64,000 nt of DNA from an uncultured Chroococcidiopsis sp. (GTDB taxonomy: Bacteria > Cyanobacteriota > Cyanobacteriia > Cyanobacteriales > Chroococcidiopsidaceae), in contig CAXTYC010000008.1 of assembly GCA_964248365.1 (NCBI GenBank), positions 1 through 64,000 of the forward strand, written 5' to 3'. Under the pieces are notes generated by a model. That model worked only from the letters and a program-made list of their open reading frames with translations. It was not told the DNA's origin and searched no databases. A program made the translations under genes and the position numbers. Below are positions 19,635 through 27,731 of this stretch, one piece after another. Each line of letters starts with the position of its first letter. Position 1 is the first letter of the stretch.

Positions 19635-20477
19635 ATGAAAATCCATCACTTTGATAATGCTCAGCAATATTATGAACGGGTAAAATACTATTTGCTCCAA
19701 CATGAAGCTGATCATAGTTTAATACTAGGAATTATTAATACTCTACTTCGCTCTCCTGAGCATTTTACCCAACAACCCTATTTAGTGGCTGTCGAAGATG
19801 AGACAATATTAGCTGTTGCACTCAGAACGCCACCTGGTAAGCTTATTTTATCAAGGGCTGTAAATACAGAGGCGATAAGAGCGATCGCGCAACACCTTTA
19901 TTCACACTCACAACCTTTACCAGGTGTAATTGCACCAGCAACAGTTGCCAAAACTTTTGCCTCTTTGTGGCAAGCATTAACAAGTCAATCCTATAAAATA
20001 GGAATGCAAGAGCGAATTTATCAACTTGAAACTGTACAGCCAATCCCAAAAGCAAGCGGTTATTTGCGACGTGCAAAGGAATGCGATCGCTTCCTTCTAA
20101 TCGATTGGTGCAAGGCATTTATTAGAGAAGCGATCGGTGATAATGCAGTTAAAAATGATGAAGATCGCCTTGTAGATCGTCATTTAAGTGAAGGTTCTCT
20201 TTATCTGTGGCAAGATAACATCCCAGTGTCGATGGCGGGTTTTAGTGGAGCAACACCAAATGGAATTCGGATTAATTTGGTATACACCCCACCTCTGTAT
20301 CGGAAAAAAGGCTATGCTACATCGTGCGTTGCTGCGTTGAGTCAAACCTTACTTGATGCGAGACGTAAATATTGCTTTTTGTTCACAGATTTAGCCAATC
20401 CCACATCAAATCATATCTACCAAACTATTGGCTATCAGCCTGTATGTGATATGAACAATTATTGGTTTGAAGGCTAA
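19635..20477 (+). CDS. GNAT acetyltransferase
   Basis: VYTPPLYRKKGYA, LFTDLANPTSNHIYQTIGY. Confidence 0.88.
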   Translation: MKIHHFDNAQQYYERVKYYLLQHEADHSLILGIINTLLRSPEHFTQQPYLVAVEDETILAVALRTPPGKLILSRAVNTEAIRAIAQHLYSHSQPLPGVIAPATVAKTFASLWQALTSQSYKIGMQERIYQLETVQPIPKASGYLRRAKECDRFLLIDWCKAFIREAIGDNAVKNDEDRLVDRHLSEGSLYLWQDNIPVSMAGFSGATPNGIRINLVYTPPLYRKKGYATSCVAALSQTLLDARRKYCFLFTDLANPTSNHIYQTIGYQPVCDMNNYWFEG

Positions 20478-20493
20478 CTGGGGCAATCTACTG

Positions 20494-20931
20494 TCATCGA
20501 CAATTACTATTGCCCCTGATCGCTCTGTTGGCTGCGCCGACACCAGCGCCAATTATTGCTCCCCTAGCAGTGTTCCCTGTGATCGCACCGCCTACGGCTC
20601 CGATAGCACCACCCGTTAAAGCTCCACGACCTACATTACCTGAACGACTTGTTGCACTATCAGCCGCACCAACACCAGCGCCAACAATTGCTCCCTTGCC
20701 AGCATTCCCACTAAGTGCGCCGCCAATGGCTCCAATAGCAGCACCTGTCGCAGTTTCACGAACTATGTTAGGACGACGACGAGATTCTGCTCTACAGTCG
20801 TGTACTTCTTTACGTTGCTGAGCCAAAATATACTTTCTATGTGAATAAGACGGTTGTGTCAATCCTATGTTAGGACTAGCTACTACAACGCTTACTACAG
20901 TGCTTACTATTGTTAAAACAATCTTTTTCAT
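20494..20931 (-). CDS. Secreted/membrane glycine-zipper protein
   Basis: Signal peptide plus duplicated GAAIGAIGG...GAGVGAA. Confidence 0.75.
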   Translation of the reverse strand: MKKIVLTIVSTVVSVVVASPNIGLTQPSYSHRKYILAQQRKEVHDCRAESRRRPNIVRETATGAAIGAIGGALSGNAGKGAIVGAGVGAADSATSRSGNVGRGALTGGAIGAVGGAITGNTARGAIIGAGVGAANRAIRGNSNCR

Positions 20932-21188
20932 AATTGCCTTCGAGTTTCCACTGCCAAATACCGTTGTCTATATAAATAAAAATTTTGCCCCTTTTTCATC
21001 CTCTTTTAGGTAGATAAAAGTGTAAAATATTACAACAAAACTACAACCATTTTCAAATGAGTCGGTTTTATTGAATATTCTCCTCATCCCCTCGTTACCA
21101 AGCGATCGCTGGGTAACGAGTAAAAAGAGGCAAGGAGCGAGGTTTACTTAAATTTTTTGTTGGGGGGCATGGGTGGCATACGTTTACT

Positions 21189-22397
21189 TTACACAAATTG
21201 ATGAATAAATTCATAGATCAAATCTACTCTTCCTTTGCGTAAAACGGCTGGATCTAGTCTTTGGGTCGTGTTGCAAGTCATCAACACAACCAATTTTTGC
21301 TCTGCTTGAATACCAGCCTCGTCAATTACACTTTGGTATAAAGTTCCATCTAACAAACTGAGAATATGCTCAGTTTTAGTATTGTTTTGAGCAACGTGGG
21401 TAGAGCGATCGCAAGCCAAATTATCAGCTTCATTGATAATAATACAAATCCGCTCCAAATAACTTGGTGGGACAAAATTTTCTACAGCATCATGGTCTAG
21501 GATAAAAATCACATATCCCAAAGGTACAAGAATTTCTTTTGCTACTGCTTGCGTCCATGCAGTTTTACCTGTACCTGGCTTACCATGTACTAGCACAGCT
21601 AACTGATTTTGAGCCAGAATTGCTTGCTGTACTGTGTCAGTAAAGCATTGAATATCCGCAGTAAAGGTTTTAATCGGAAACTGACTATGAACCTTTCCCA
21701 CACGACTTTGATAACCACTTAGCATCACTGCTAAGTTATAAGTTGCTTTGTTAACTATTGATCCTAGTTCTTTGCCAATCAGCGTATATCTTCGCTGGTT
21801 TAAGCTAGCATTATTGATTTGTAACCAAATCTCATATCTTGACCAATAAGCTAAAACCGTACCGATATTTTCAATGCGTTTCCAATCAACAAATCGGTCT
21901 ACAGGATAATAAAAATATCGCTCTCCAAAGCACTGAGTAATAGTATCTGGACAACCTAATATATCCAGAACTTTGAGAACAGTAATTTCCTGTAAACGAT
22001 TCAGAACATATTCAATTGGAATACTGTCACGGCTAACAGTTTGAGTAATGGGTGTTTCCGTACTCAAAATGTCTTTGTATTGATGATCTGGTGCTGGTGG
22101 TATGGGAGTAATATAATCCCAAAACTCATCTATATCAGAACGAGTGTAATCAGAAAAAATGTTCAATATATTTGCCCACCAGCTATAATCTCGACGAGTG
22201 AGGGCATCAGCAAGATCGCTAGCTAAGTCTACAGCTTTTTGAGTAAGCTGTTTTGGATCGCTTTGTATAAGTTGACAGAGATATTTCCAGTCAAGATCTC
22301 GGTGCAATGGTTGCCAACCCGATCCTAATAAATCTTGATCTCTACGCTCACGGTATTGAGGATGACCCTGATAATTATTAAAATGTCTAATTCCCAT
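21189..22397 (-). CDS. AAA+ family ATPase with unknown N-terminal domain
   Basis: GKPGTGKT Walker A, IIINEAD Walker B variant, TCN...LDPAVLRKGRVD second region of homology. Confidence 0.85.
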   Translation of the reverse strand: MGIRHFNNYQGHPQYRERRDQDLLGSGWQPLHRDLDWKYLCQLIQSDPKQLTQKAVDLASDLADALTRRDYSWWANILNIFSDYTRSDIDEFWDYITPIPPAPDHQYKDILSTETPITQTVSRDSIPIEYVLNRLQEITVLKVLDILGCPDTITQCFGERYFYYPVDRFVDWKRIENIGTVLAYWSRYEIWLQINNASLNQRRYTLIGKELGSIVNKATYNLAVMLSGYQSRVGKVHSQFPIKTFTADIQCFTDTVQQAILAQNQLAVLVHGKPGTGKTAWTQAVAKEILVPLGYVIFILDHDAVENFVPPSYLERICIIINEADNLACDRSTHVAQNNTKTEHILSLLDGTLYQSVIDEAGIQAEQKLVVLMTCNTTQRLDPAVLRKGRVDLIYEFIHQFV

Positions 22398-22423
22398 AAT
22401 TTTAATGTGGTTGTTGAAATGTA

Positions 22424-23410
22424 TTAATGTAGTTCAATTGGGTCTTTACGCAACAAATATCTATCGCTAATAAGTTTCATACAAACCCGCCCAATTTCAG
22501 GATGTGTTCTCTCCACAGTAGGCTGTATAATTACACCTTCCATCATGCACTTTGGGTCTAGTACACTATTACCATTATTGAATTGAGATACTGCTTCCCA
22601 ACTGTAAGAACCAACGTAGAGTATAGGCACAGGAGGTAAAGCAAATTCCTCACAAAACGCCACGAACCCATCGTGATTCAGAAATCTACCGTTGCTTTTA
22701 ACAGCAAATAAAGCAATGTCAATACCGTTACTCAAGCCATATTTGATGTCTTGAACACCGTATATTTCGCCAAATACTTGAGTGTTTATTGGTAGTTTAT
22801 GTAAAGCATTATTTTCGTTATAAGCTCGAACATAAACTAGGTTTTTATTCGTCGCATTATTCTTCCAAAAGTAATTGTGACTACCTATATGGACACCATC
22901 GTCATCTACCATAACGGTGAAATTGGTTCCGTGTATTTTCTCGGTTACGACTACTTTTTCTCCTACTTCTAAAACATCTCGATAACGTTTGAGATGTTCT
23001 GGACTAGGAAATTTGTACTGTCCAATTGGAGATTCTACATCCCCACTCATATTGTGAGGTATAGGATACTCGTATTTTTTAACTCCAAAATATTCAGTAT
23101 AGTCATCTCCTATATTTCCCTGAAATCCTTCACCAACAGGAATCAGTAAACCTTCAGAAAATATTCCCCTTAGTTTAGCAGCCCGTAATTTTTTCGAGTA
23201 ATAAGGACGAATGCCAAATTTATCGAGATATTCATCTGGAATAACGCTATCAATGGGAAAGTAAAAAGCAATATCGCCTGGTGCAAAATTACCTTTAGCC
23301 GTAACTACTTGATATTCCATGCCTTCAATCGTGGCAATATCCAAACGGTCAGCATTGGGATGAGAATTAACACTACTAATTTTGACAAATTCTACTTTAA
23401 AAATGCTCAT
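22424..23410 (-). CDS. ATP-dependent RNA ligase, Rnl2/DRB0094-like, with N-terminal tRNA-binding OB-like domain
   Basis: HPNADRL..SEGL OB-fold motif; nucleotidyltransferase motifs EKIHGTN, FGEIYG, EGVII, MKLIS. Confidence 0.9.
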   Translation of the reverse strand: MSIFKVEFVKISSVNSHPNADRLDIATIEGMEYQVVTAKGNFAPGDIAFYFPIDSVIPDEYLDKFGIRPYYSKKLRAAKLRGIFSEGLLIPVGEGFQGNIGDDYTEYFGVKKYEYPIPHNMSGDVESPIGQYKFPSPEHLKRYRDVLEVGEKVVVTEKIHGTNFTVMVDDDGVHIGSHNYFWKNNATNKNLVYVRAYNENNALHKLPINTQVFGEIYGVQDIKYGLSNGIDIALFAVKSNGRFLNHDGFVAFCEEFALPPVPILYVGSYSWEAVSQFNNGNSVLDPKCMMEGVIIQPTVERTHPEIGRVCMKLISDRYLLRKDPIELH

Positions 23411-23528
23411 AATTATCCTAAAAATTCGTTTTCAATAACTGTAAACCTCTACTTACCAAGCTGCGGCTGGAAACTAGGAAAAGGCTGTTGCGGGAAATAA
23501 AAAAATTTGTTTTGAGCCAAACAGTTAA

Positions 23529-23951
23529 TTATTTGAGAGGTTTCAAATCAGGCTCTATCCAACAAATACGAGCTTGCCAAGTCATTAGTAAATCGCGGCT
23601 GTAATATTCGAGTGGAAGACGTGAATTTTTATAACTATTAATCAGTCCATTAGTAAGAAGTACAATATTATTATTCCCAGCGTTAGCCGATAAATAATCA
23701 ATAATAATCTGTACCCAAAATAGTGTTATAGTTTCGTGATAGCCAGTGTCTTTTGTAGTTTTGATACCGTTAGCAGCATTGTATTTTTGGATGCGATCGC
23801 GCAAACAATTTATTGCCTCATGCTGGGAATGAGTGAGATACCACAACGCAACAGTCTGGTGTGCAGAATGACTCCATTCAGATCTTGGTAGCGTACAATC
23901 TTCAAATGCTCTTACAATATTTTTGATTTCATCTAATGACTTGTATGTCAT
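23529..23951 (-). CDS. Conserved hypothetical protein
   Basis: 140-aa ORF (W.H.AH...GYHETIT...W.EPDL) co-oriented between tRNA array and RNA ligase. Confidence 0.7.
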   Translation of the reverse strand: MTYKSLDEIKNIVRAFEDCTLPRSEWSHSAHQTVALWYLTHSQHEAINCLRDRIQKYNAANGIKTTKDTGYHETITLFWVQIIIDYLSANAGNNNIVLLTNGLINSYKNSRLPLEYYSRDLLMTWQARICWIEPDLKPLK

Positions 23952-24010
23952 GAAGTAGAACTATAAGAAATATTTGAATAAAAAGCGATCGCGCCTTCTA
24001 TAGAATGAAA

Positions 24011-24083
24011 TGGGTGGTAGAGGAGTCGAACCTCTCTAGTGTCGGTTAAAAGCCGACTGCACAAGCCGCTATGCCAACCACCC
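24011..24083 (-). tRNA. trnK: tRNA-Lys(UUU), apparently intact
   Basis: GGGTGGT/ACCACCC acceptor, GTCGG-CT-TTT-AA-CCGAC anticodon arm, AGAGG-TTCGACT-CCTCT T arm. Confidence 0.92.
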
Positions 24084-24092
24084 ATATATAAA

Positions 24093-24161
24093 CCCCTCTA
24101 GATGCAGTTGAACCCCGCACTCGAATTTAGAACATTCAACGCCAGTTCCCCTGGTAGAGGG
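24093..24161 (-). pseudogene. Degenerate tRNA-Arg(UCU)
   Basis: CCCTCTA/TAGAGGG acceptor, TGAAT-GT-TCT-AA-ATTCG arm; T stem disrupted. Confidence 0.65.
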
Positions 24162-24162
24162 T

Positions 24163-24240
24163 AATCCACAAAGGGAGGTAGGGCAACTCCTAAAACACAG
24201 TTATCAGCTGTGTGCGTCACTATTTCCGCCTCCAGTGGAT
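24163..24240 (-). pseudogene. Degenerate tRNA-Ile(GAU)
   Basis: CACAG-CT-GAT-AA-CTGTG arm, ATCCAC/GTGGAT acceptor; no intact TTC loop. Confidence 0.65.
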
Positions 24241-24242
24241 AG

Positions 24243-24325
24243 AGTAAGATGGAGGACTCGAACCCCTACAGTTTCCTGTACCCTAGATTTCAAATCTAGT
24301 TGCCGACCATTTAGCGGCATCTTCC
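24243..24325 (-). tRNA. trnS: tRNA-Ser(UGA), class II, one acceptor mismatch
   Basis: CTAGA-TT-TGA-AA-TCTAG arm, long variable arm TACAG-GAAA-CTGTA, GGTTCGAGTCC. Confidence 0.82.
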
Positions 24326-24329
24326 TTAA

Positions 24330-24407
24330 GGGTGTCGGAAGGAGGCTTGAACTCCCTAATTACTTGTTCCACAAACAAGCGTCTCGACCACTTCGACTTC
24401 AGACACC
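24330..24407 (-). tRNA. trnH: tRNA-His(GUG), one acceptor mismatch
   Basis: CTTGT-TT-GTG-GA-ACAAG arm, GGGAG-TTCAAGC-CTCCT T arm, GGTGTC/GACACC ends. Confidence 0.85.
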
Positions 24408-24412
24408 ATCAG

Positions 24413-24471
24413 TGGATACTGGTGGGGGTTGAACCCGCATCTTTCTACTTGCAAGGTAGAAGCATTATCAA
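24413..24471 (-). pseudogene. 5'-truncated tRNA-Ala(UGC)
   Basis: TCTAC-CT-TGC-AA-GTAGA arm and GCGGG-TTCAACC T arm present; 5' acceptor strand absent. Confidence 0.75.
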
Positions 24472-24549
24472 TGGTGGCGGGGGTGAGAGTTGCACTCACT
24501 GATTTTGAGGGTATGAACCTGACAAGCCACTCTTGCTTTATCCTTTGCG
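24472..24549 (-). pseudogene. Degenerate tRNA-Met(CAU) with encoded CCA
   Basis: AGG-TT-CAT-AC-CCT arm, GTGAG-TGCAACT-CTCAC T arm, 3' CCCCGCCACCA; 5' acceptor strand mutated. Confidence 0.7.
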
Positions 24550-24560
24550 TTGTCACCAAA

Positions 24561-24636
24561 TGCCCCTGACTGGATTTGAAGGTCGTAACCTCTGCGTTTT
24601 TGATAGAAAGATGTCTTTTCATTGCACTATAAAGGT
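24561..24636 (-). pseudogene. Highly degenerate tRNA remnant (identity uncertain, possibly Phe)
   Basis: TTCAAATCCAGTCAGGGGCA 3' end and tRNA-length spacing; stems largely broken. Confidence 0.45.
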
Positions 24637-24669
24637 ACAATTTGAGGGTGAAATTTAATTGGAAAAAAT

Positions 24670-25521
24670 TTTTACCTCAGCTTTTTTCTTAGCCCAGTAT
24701 CCTCTTGGCGGCTTCTCAATTCCATATGCTTTACACCATTTTTCAATTGCCTTGTCGCTAACTCCAAAATCTTGTGCTATTTGAGTTGTTGGATTTGTCC
24801 AAACTAGCTGTTGCAATTCTTCTTTTGAAGGACGTTCAACTTTTCTGGCTGCTAATCTAGAGCATTTTCAAAGAACAATAAGCATCTTGCCATTGTGTAG
24901 TTAATGCTTTACCACAATATAAGCAGGTTTCCTGTTTAACTGATGTATTCAATTTGTCATTATTTTTAGATACAAGCTGCTGGATTTCTGGATGTGCATT
25001 TTGCCAGCGCTGATAGCTTTCTGGATTATCAAACACTAATACACTTACAGGTCGATTATGAACTTTATCTATATCATCTATATCAATTATTTGTTCAAAT
25101 TATTGAGATTTAAAACTTGACATCAAACTTTTACGAGATTTACCTGCATAGTTATCTGTTAGAGCATGACAGTTGAGATATAAGATTTGAATATTTTCCA
25201 GTCTATTATCAAATCTGTCACCATTAATGTGATGTAGCTCCAAAGGGATAGGACCATTAAACCAAGTATTTAAATGGCAAGATTCATATTCTGCTGCTTT
25301 AATTCCATCGCAAATTAGTTTTAACCTTAAAGCATGAGCGTTTATGCTCGACCCTTTATAGAGGTAGGTTATTGCTGGCTTGCGTTGGGAAGATTTTCGT
25401 CCTCGTCCACCTTGATTTCCCTTGTAAACAATACCTAGTTTTGCTAAATTATGAATTCAGAGTGGTGGGCTTACAGTGCAGCTGTCTACAAATGAAAGCT
25501 TTAGAACGATGTTCGCTAATC
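24670..25521 (-). pseudogene. HNH endonuclease pseudogene (HNH + Zn finger + HTH) inside tRNA array
   Basis: Manual translation: ELHHINGDRFDNRLENIQILYLNCH; CLYCGK; IAQDFGVSDKAIEKWCK..PPRGYW; frameshifts ~25450 and ~24865, stop at 25100-25102, no start. Confidence 0.85.
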
Positions 25522-25522
25522 C

Positions 25523-25553
25523 TCAGAAGTGTTGCCAATTACACCACAGGGCA
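25523..25553 (-). pseudogene. 5' fragment of a tRNA (probably Gln) fused to the HNH remnant
   Basis: TGCCCTG-TG-GTGT-AATTGGCA-ACAC-T-TCTGA, ends before the anticodon. Confidence 0.65.
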
Positions 25554-25561
25554 ATGAATAG

Positions 25562-25634
25562 CTGCCTCAATAGGATTCGAACCCGCAACATTTCCGCAGA
25601 CAACGGAACGCTCTAATCATTGAGCTACAACCTC
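25562..25634 (-). pseudogene. Chimeric tRNA-Asp(GUC) with non-cognate 3' end
   Basis: Good D arm and TTCCG-TT-GTC-TG-CGGAA arm, but after GGTTCGAATCC the sequence TATTGAGGCAG does not pair with the 5' strand GAGGTTG. Confidence 0.75.
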
Positions 25635-25667
25635 ATGAAATGGGTGTTTTATTTATGCCTTATTAAG

Positions 25668-25679
25668 TTTTCAAGGTTC
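25668..25679 (-). promoter_or_regulatory. boxA antitermination sequence upstream of tRNA array
   Basis: GAACCTTGAAAA matches the cyanobacterial rrn boxA, ~35 nt before the first tRNA. Confidence 0.7.
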
Positions 25680-25934
25680 AGAAAAACTACAAAAAAATAC
25701 TTCTTTTTTTACAAAAACAACCAATTTTGTAAGTAATATCGGTGAATATTACAAATAGCAACGTCCGTTTTTGTACTTGCAAATCGAAAATTTATCCTCC
25801 TTTTTGGCTTTACTTTTTGATTGTTTGGAAGTAGGTGCGCGTCTGTTTGAGCAGGAATTTATTAAATTCCCACGAGTCAATTATTTGTATGTAGAACATG
25901 AGTTTTGTGGATGAGAACGTTTTGTCTTTCGACT

Positions 25935-25973
25935 TACTACATTTATGTTACATAAGCACTACAGAACTGTCAA
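25935..25973 (-). promoter_or_regulatory. Sigma-70 promoter of tRNA array with overlapping putative TrcR operator
   Basis: TTGACA(25973-68)-17nt-TAACAT(25950-45); + strand TACTACA/TGTTACA/CACTACA at 25935/25946/25957. Confidence 0.75.
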
Positions 25974-26048
25974 GAGGGTGAGGAAAAAATTTTTCGCAGG
26001 CTTTGTGTATATAACTTCTGGGAATAATACAAGGTGTAACTTAGGTGT

Positions 26049-26233
26049 CTCAGATCTTGCAGCATTCTCAAGACGTATCAATAACCCGCTTTGAGAATTA
26101 ATTCTCAAAGCTAATAGTGGAAGTCTACTGAAGTAGACTATCGGGCAAACTCTAACCCATTTCAATGGGTTTTGGTTATTGGTTTGGGGTGAATTGATTC
26201 ACGCCGCAGTTGTTGCAACAGGTGCAAGATATC
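26049..26233. mobile_element. Multi-hairpin MITE/REP composite, copy 1 (AGATCTTGCA...TGCAAGAT ends)
   Basis: Inverted ends plus four internal palindromes; same layout at 54321-54494. Confidence 0.65.
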
Positions 26234-26369
26234 AAGTGTATGGAATTGAAATAAAACAGCGGCTCAACTACTAAAACTGCATACTAAAAAAGCGCTCGCC
26301 CAAAATCTAGCAAATAAAAAAAGATCCACCCAAAGGGCGCAAAAATAAAAATATGCGCCCCCTTATGTA

Positions 26370-26759
26370 TCAATCGCTCAAAACAGAAGCACCAATTTGC
26401 GCACAGTGCCACAACTTCACTAGCAAAAACTCAGTAGAGTAAGATAAAGCTGCAACAAATACACCCTCTGCACTCTCTGCTTCTGTTGCTATCCAAGTAC
26501 CTTTGAGAATAACCTCAACATACTCGGCATCACAGGTGCAAAGCTCAATTTCATCTGTTTCTTGCCGTCTAACCTCAGCTGTAAGTAAATTCAATTGGGG
26601 CAAATCAGCAGGTAACAAAAAGGCAGCTGTGCTAGGTTCGACGTAGATGCGATCGCTTACTCTTAGAGCAAAAATCACTCTTTGGGCTACCCACTCCTCC
26701 AAAGACTGAGCTAGAGATTCCAAGTAAAAGCCAGTTTCGATATAAGTCAATTTCAGCAT
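26370..26759 (-). CDS. alr0857-family protein
   Basis: MLKLTYIETGFYLE.L..SLEEWVAQRV..ALR N-terminus; follows HNH gene. Confidence 0.8.
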   Translation of the reverse strand: MLKLTYIETGFYLESLAQSLEEWVAQRVIFALRVSDRIYVEPSTAAFLLPADLPQLNLLTAEVRRQETDEIELCTCDAEYVEVILKGTWIATEAESAEGVFVAALSYSTEFLLVKLWHCAQIGASVLSD

Positions 26760-27295
26760 GAGCTTGGGAATCCTCCTATTGTTGGTAGGACCTCTCCCTT
26801 GCGCCAGAATTTTTCCGCAAAGGCAACAGTTGGATGTATTGGCGCTTTTGGCTTAGTACGTAGAGCCATACCAGCTTCTAGCAACGTGCGATCGCTTTTA
26901 TGCTGGTTACACCTTTCACACGCCGTCACCACGTTAGTCCAGGTGTGTTGACCACCCTTAGAAAGCGGGATGACGTGATCTAATGTCAGGCGTTTATTAC
27001 TACCGCAGTATTGACAAGTGTGGTGATCTCGTCGCAGCACTTCTCGCCGATTTACTGGGGGAATTTTCCAAATTCGCTCCCGACTGGTGAGTGTTAAACG
27101 GATGTAAGCTGGGACAGCAATGACTCTTCTGGGCGATCGCACCACATATCCAGTATCGTTGCCCAAGTCTAGTGCTTCAGCCTTACCTGCCACCAACAGC
27201 GCGATCGCTCGCCTGACGTTAACTCGGCTAACTGGCAAGTAATTGCGAGAAAACACTACTACAGATTGGTCTAACACCTGACGATCGCTTGTCAC
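26753..27295 (-). CDS. HNH endonuclease (McrA-like, alr0856-like)
   Basis: RREVLRRDHHTCQYCG, LTLDHVIPLSKGG..TWTNVVTACERCN..K; GTG at 27295 behind aaggag. Confidence 0.9.
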   Translation of the reverse strand: MTSDRQVLDQSVVVFSRNYLPVSRVNVRRAIALLVAGKAEALDLGNDTGYVVRSPRRVIAVPAYIRLTLTSRERIWKIPPVNRREVLRRDHHTCQYCGSNKRLTLDHVIPLSKGGQHTWTNVVTACERCNQHKSDRTLLEAGMALRTKPKAPIHPTVAFAEKFWRKGEVLPTIGGFPSSC

Positions 27296-27314
27296 CCCTT
27301 TACTCCTTGAAATA

Positions 27315-27352
27315 CAAAAAACCCCGCTTCTAGTCATTCCTGAAGCGGGGGG
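27315..27352 (-). terminator. Terminator-like hairpin just upstream of HNH gene (possible attenuator)
   Basis: ccccgcttc-loop-gaagcgggg followed by T-tract on minus strand. Confidence 0.65.
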
Positions 27353-27672
27353 CTGAAATTACCTACAGTCTTTTATTCCTATATTGGTACAGCATTATAC
27401 TTGTACCTCCCGCTTATTGTTTTTAGTCTCGGTGTGGCTAAATGCAGCCCACAAGGAGCGGCTATGCCCAAATCATAATTAATCTGTCCACGAAGCTCCC
27501 CATGAAAGCGATCGCCCAGCAATTTGAGCAAAAAGCCCTCTAAAAATAAAAACTCCACCGCCATATACACTGATTTCCAAGTGCCAAAACATTTGGCACA
27601 AACCAGCGGATTGGAGATGAAGTCTAGACGTTTCACAGAAAGTTGCACCTATGTGGCGAGAAATTTGAACAT

Positions 27673-27711
27673 TACTTTAAACATACTACACTTGTATTAC
27701 TAACCTGTCTA
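27673..27711 (-). promoter_or_regulatory. Divergent promoter region with putative TrcR operator
   Basis: TAGACA(27711-06)-17nt-TAGTAT(27688-83); + strand TACTTTA/TACTACA/TATTACT at 27673/27684/27695. Confidence 0.72.
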
Positions 27712-27731
27712 GATATTTAAGGAGAAAAACC

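Noticed and set aside
20510..20821. Pro/Ala-rich + strand ORF and other antisense ORFs in the track
   Set aside because: Shadow frames of better-supported genes on the opposite strand
24243..24325. Possible tRNA-Sec (starts GGAAGAT, long variable arm)
   Set aside because: Transcribed-strand anticodon is TGA (Ser), not TCA; the acceptor stem is 7 bp
24235..24640. ORFs 24235-24432 and 24356-24640
   Set aside because: Spurious frames overlapping tRNA genes
24640..25553. Group I intron splitting a tRNA and carrying the HNH gene
   Set aside because: No recognisable intron core; tRNA half abuts HNH codons directly, so a deletion is simpler. The CAGGGGCA end at 24561 pairs only imperfectly with TGCCCTG
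25810..25899. 29-codon minus-strand ORF in the tRNA-array leader
   Set aside because: No clear RBS or recognisable features; cannot be distinguished from chance
26225..26255. CRISPR-like GGAATTGAAA motif
   Set aside because: Single copy, no repeat-spacer periodicity, no cas genes in window
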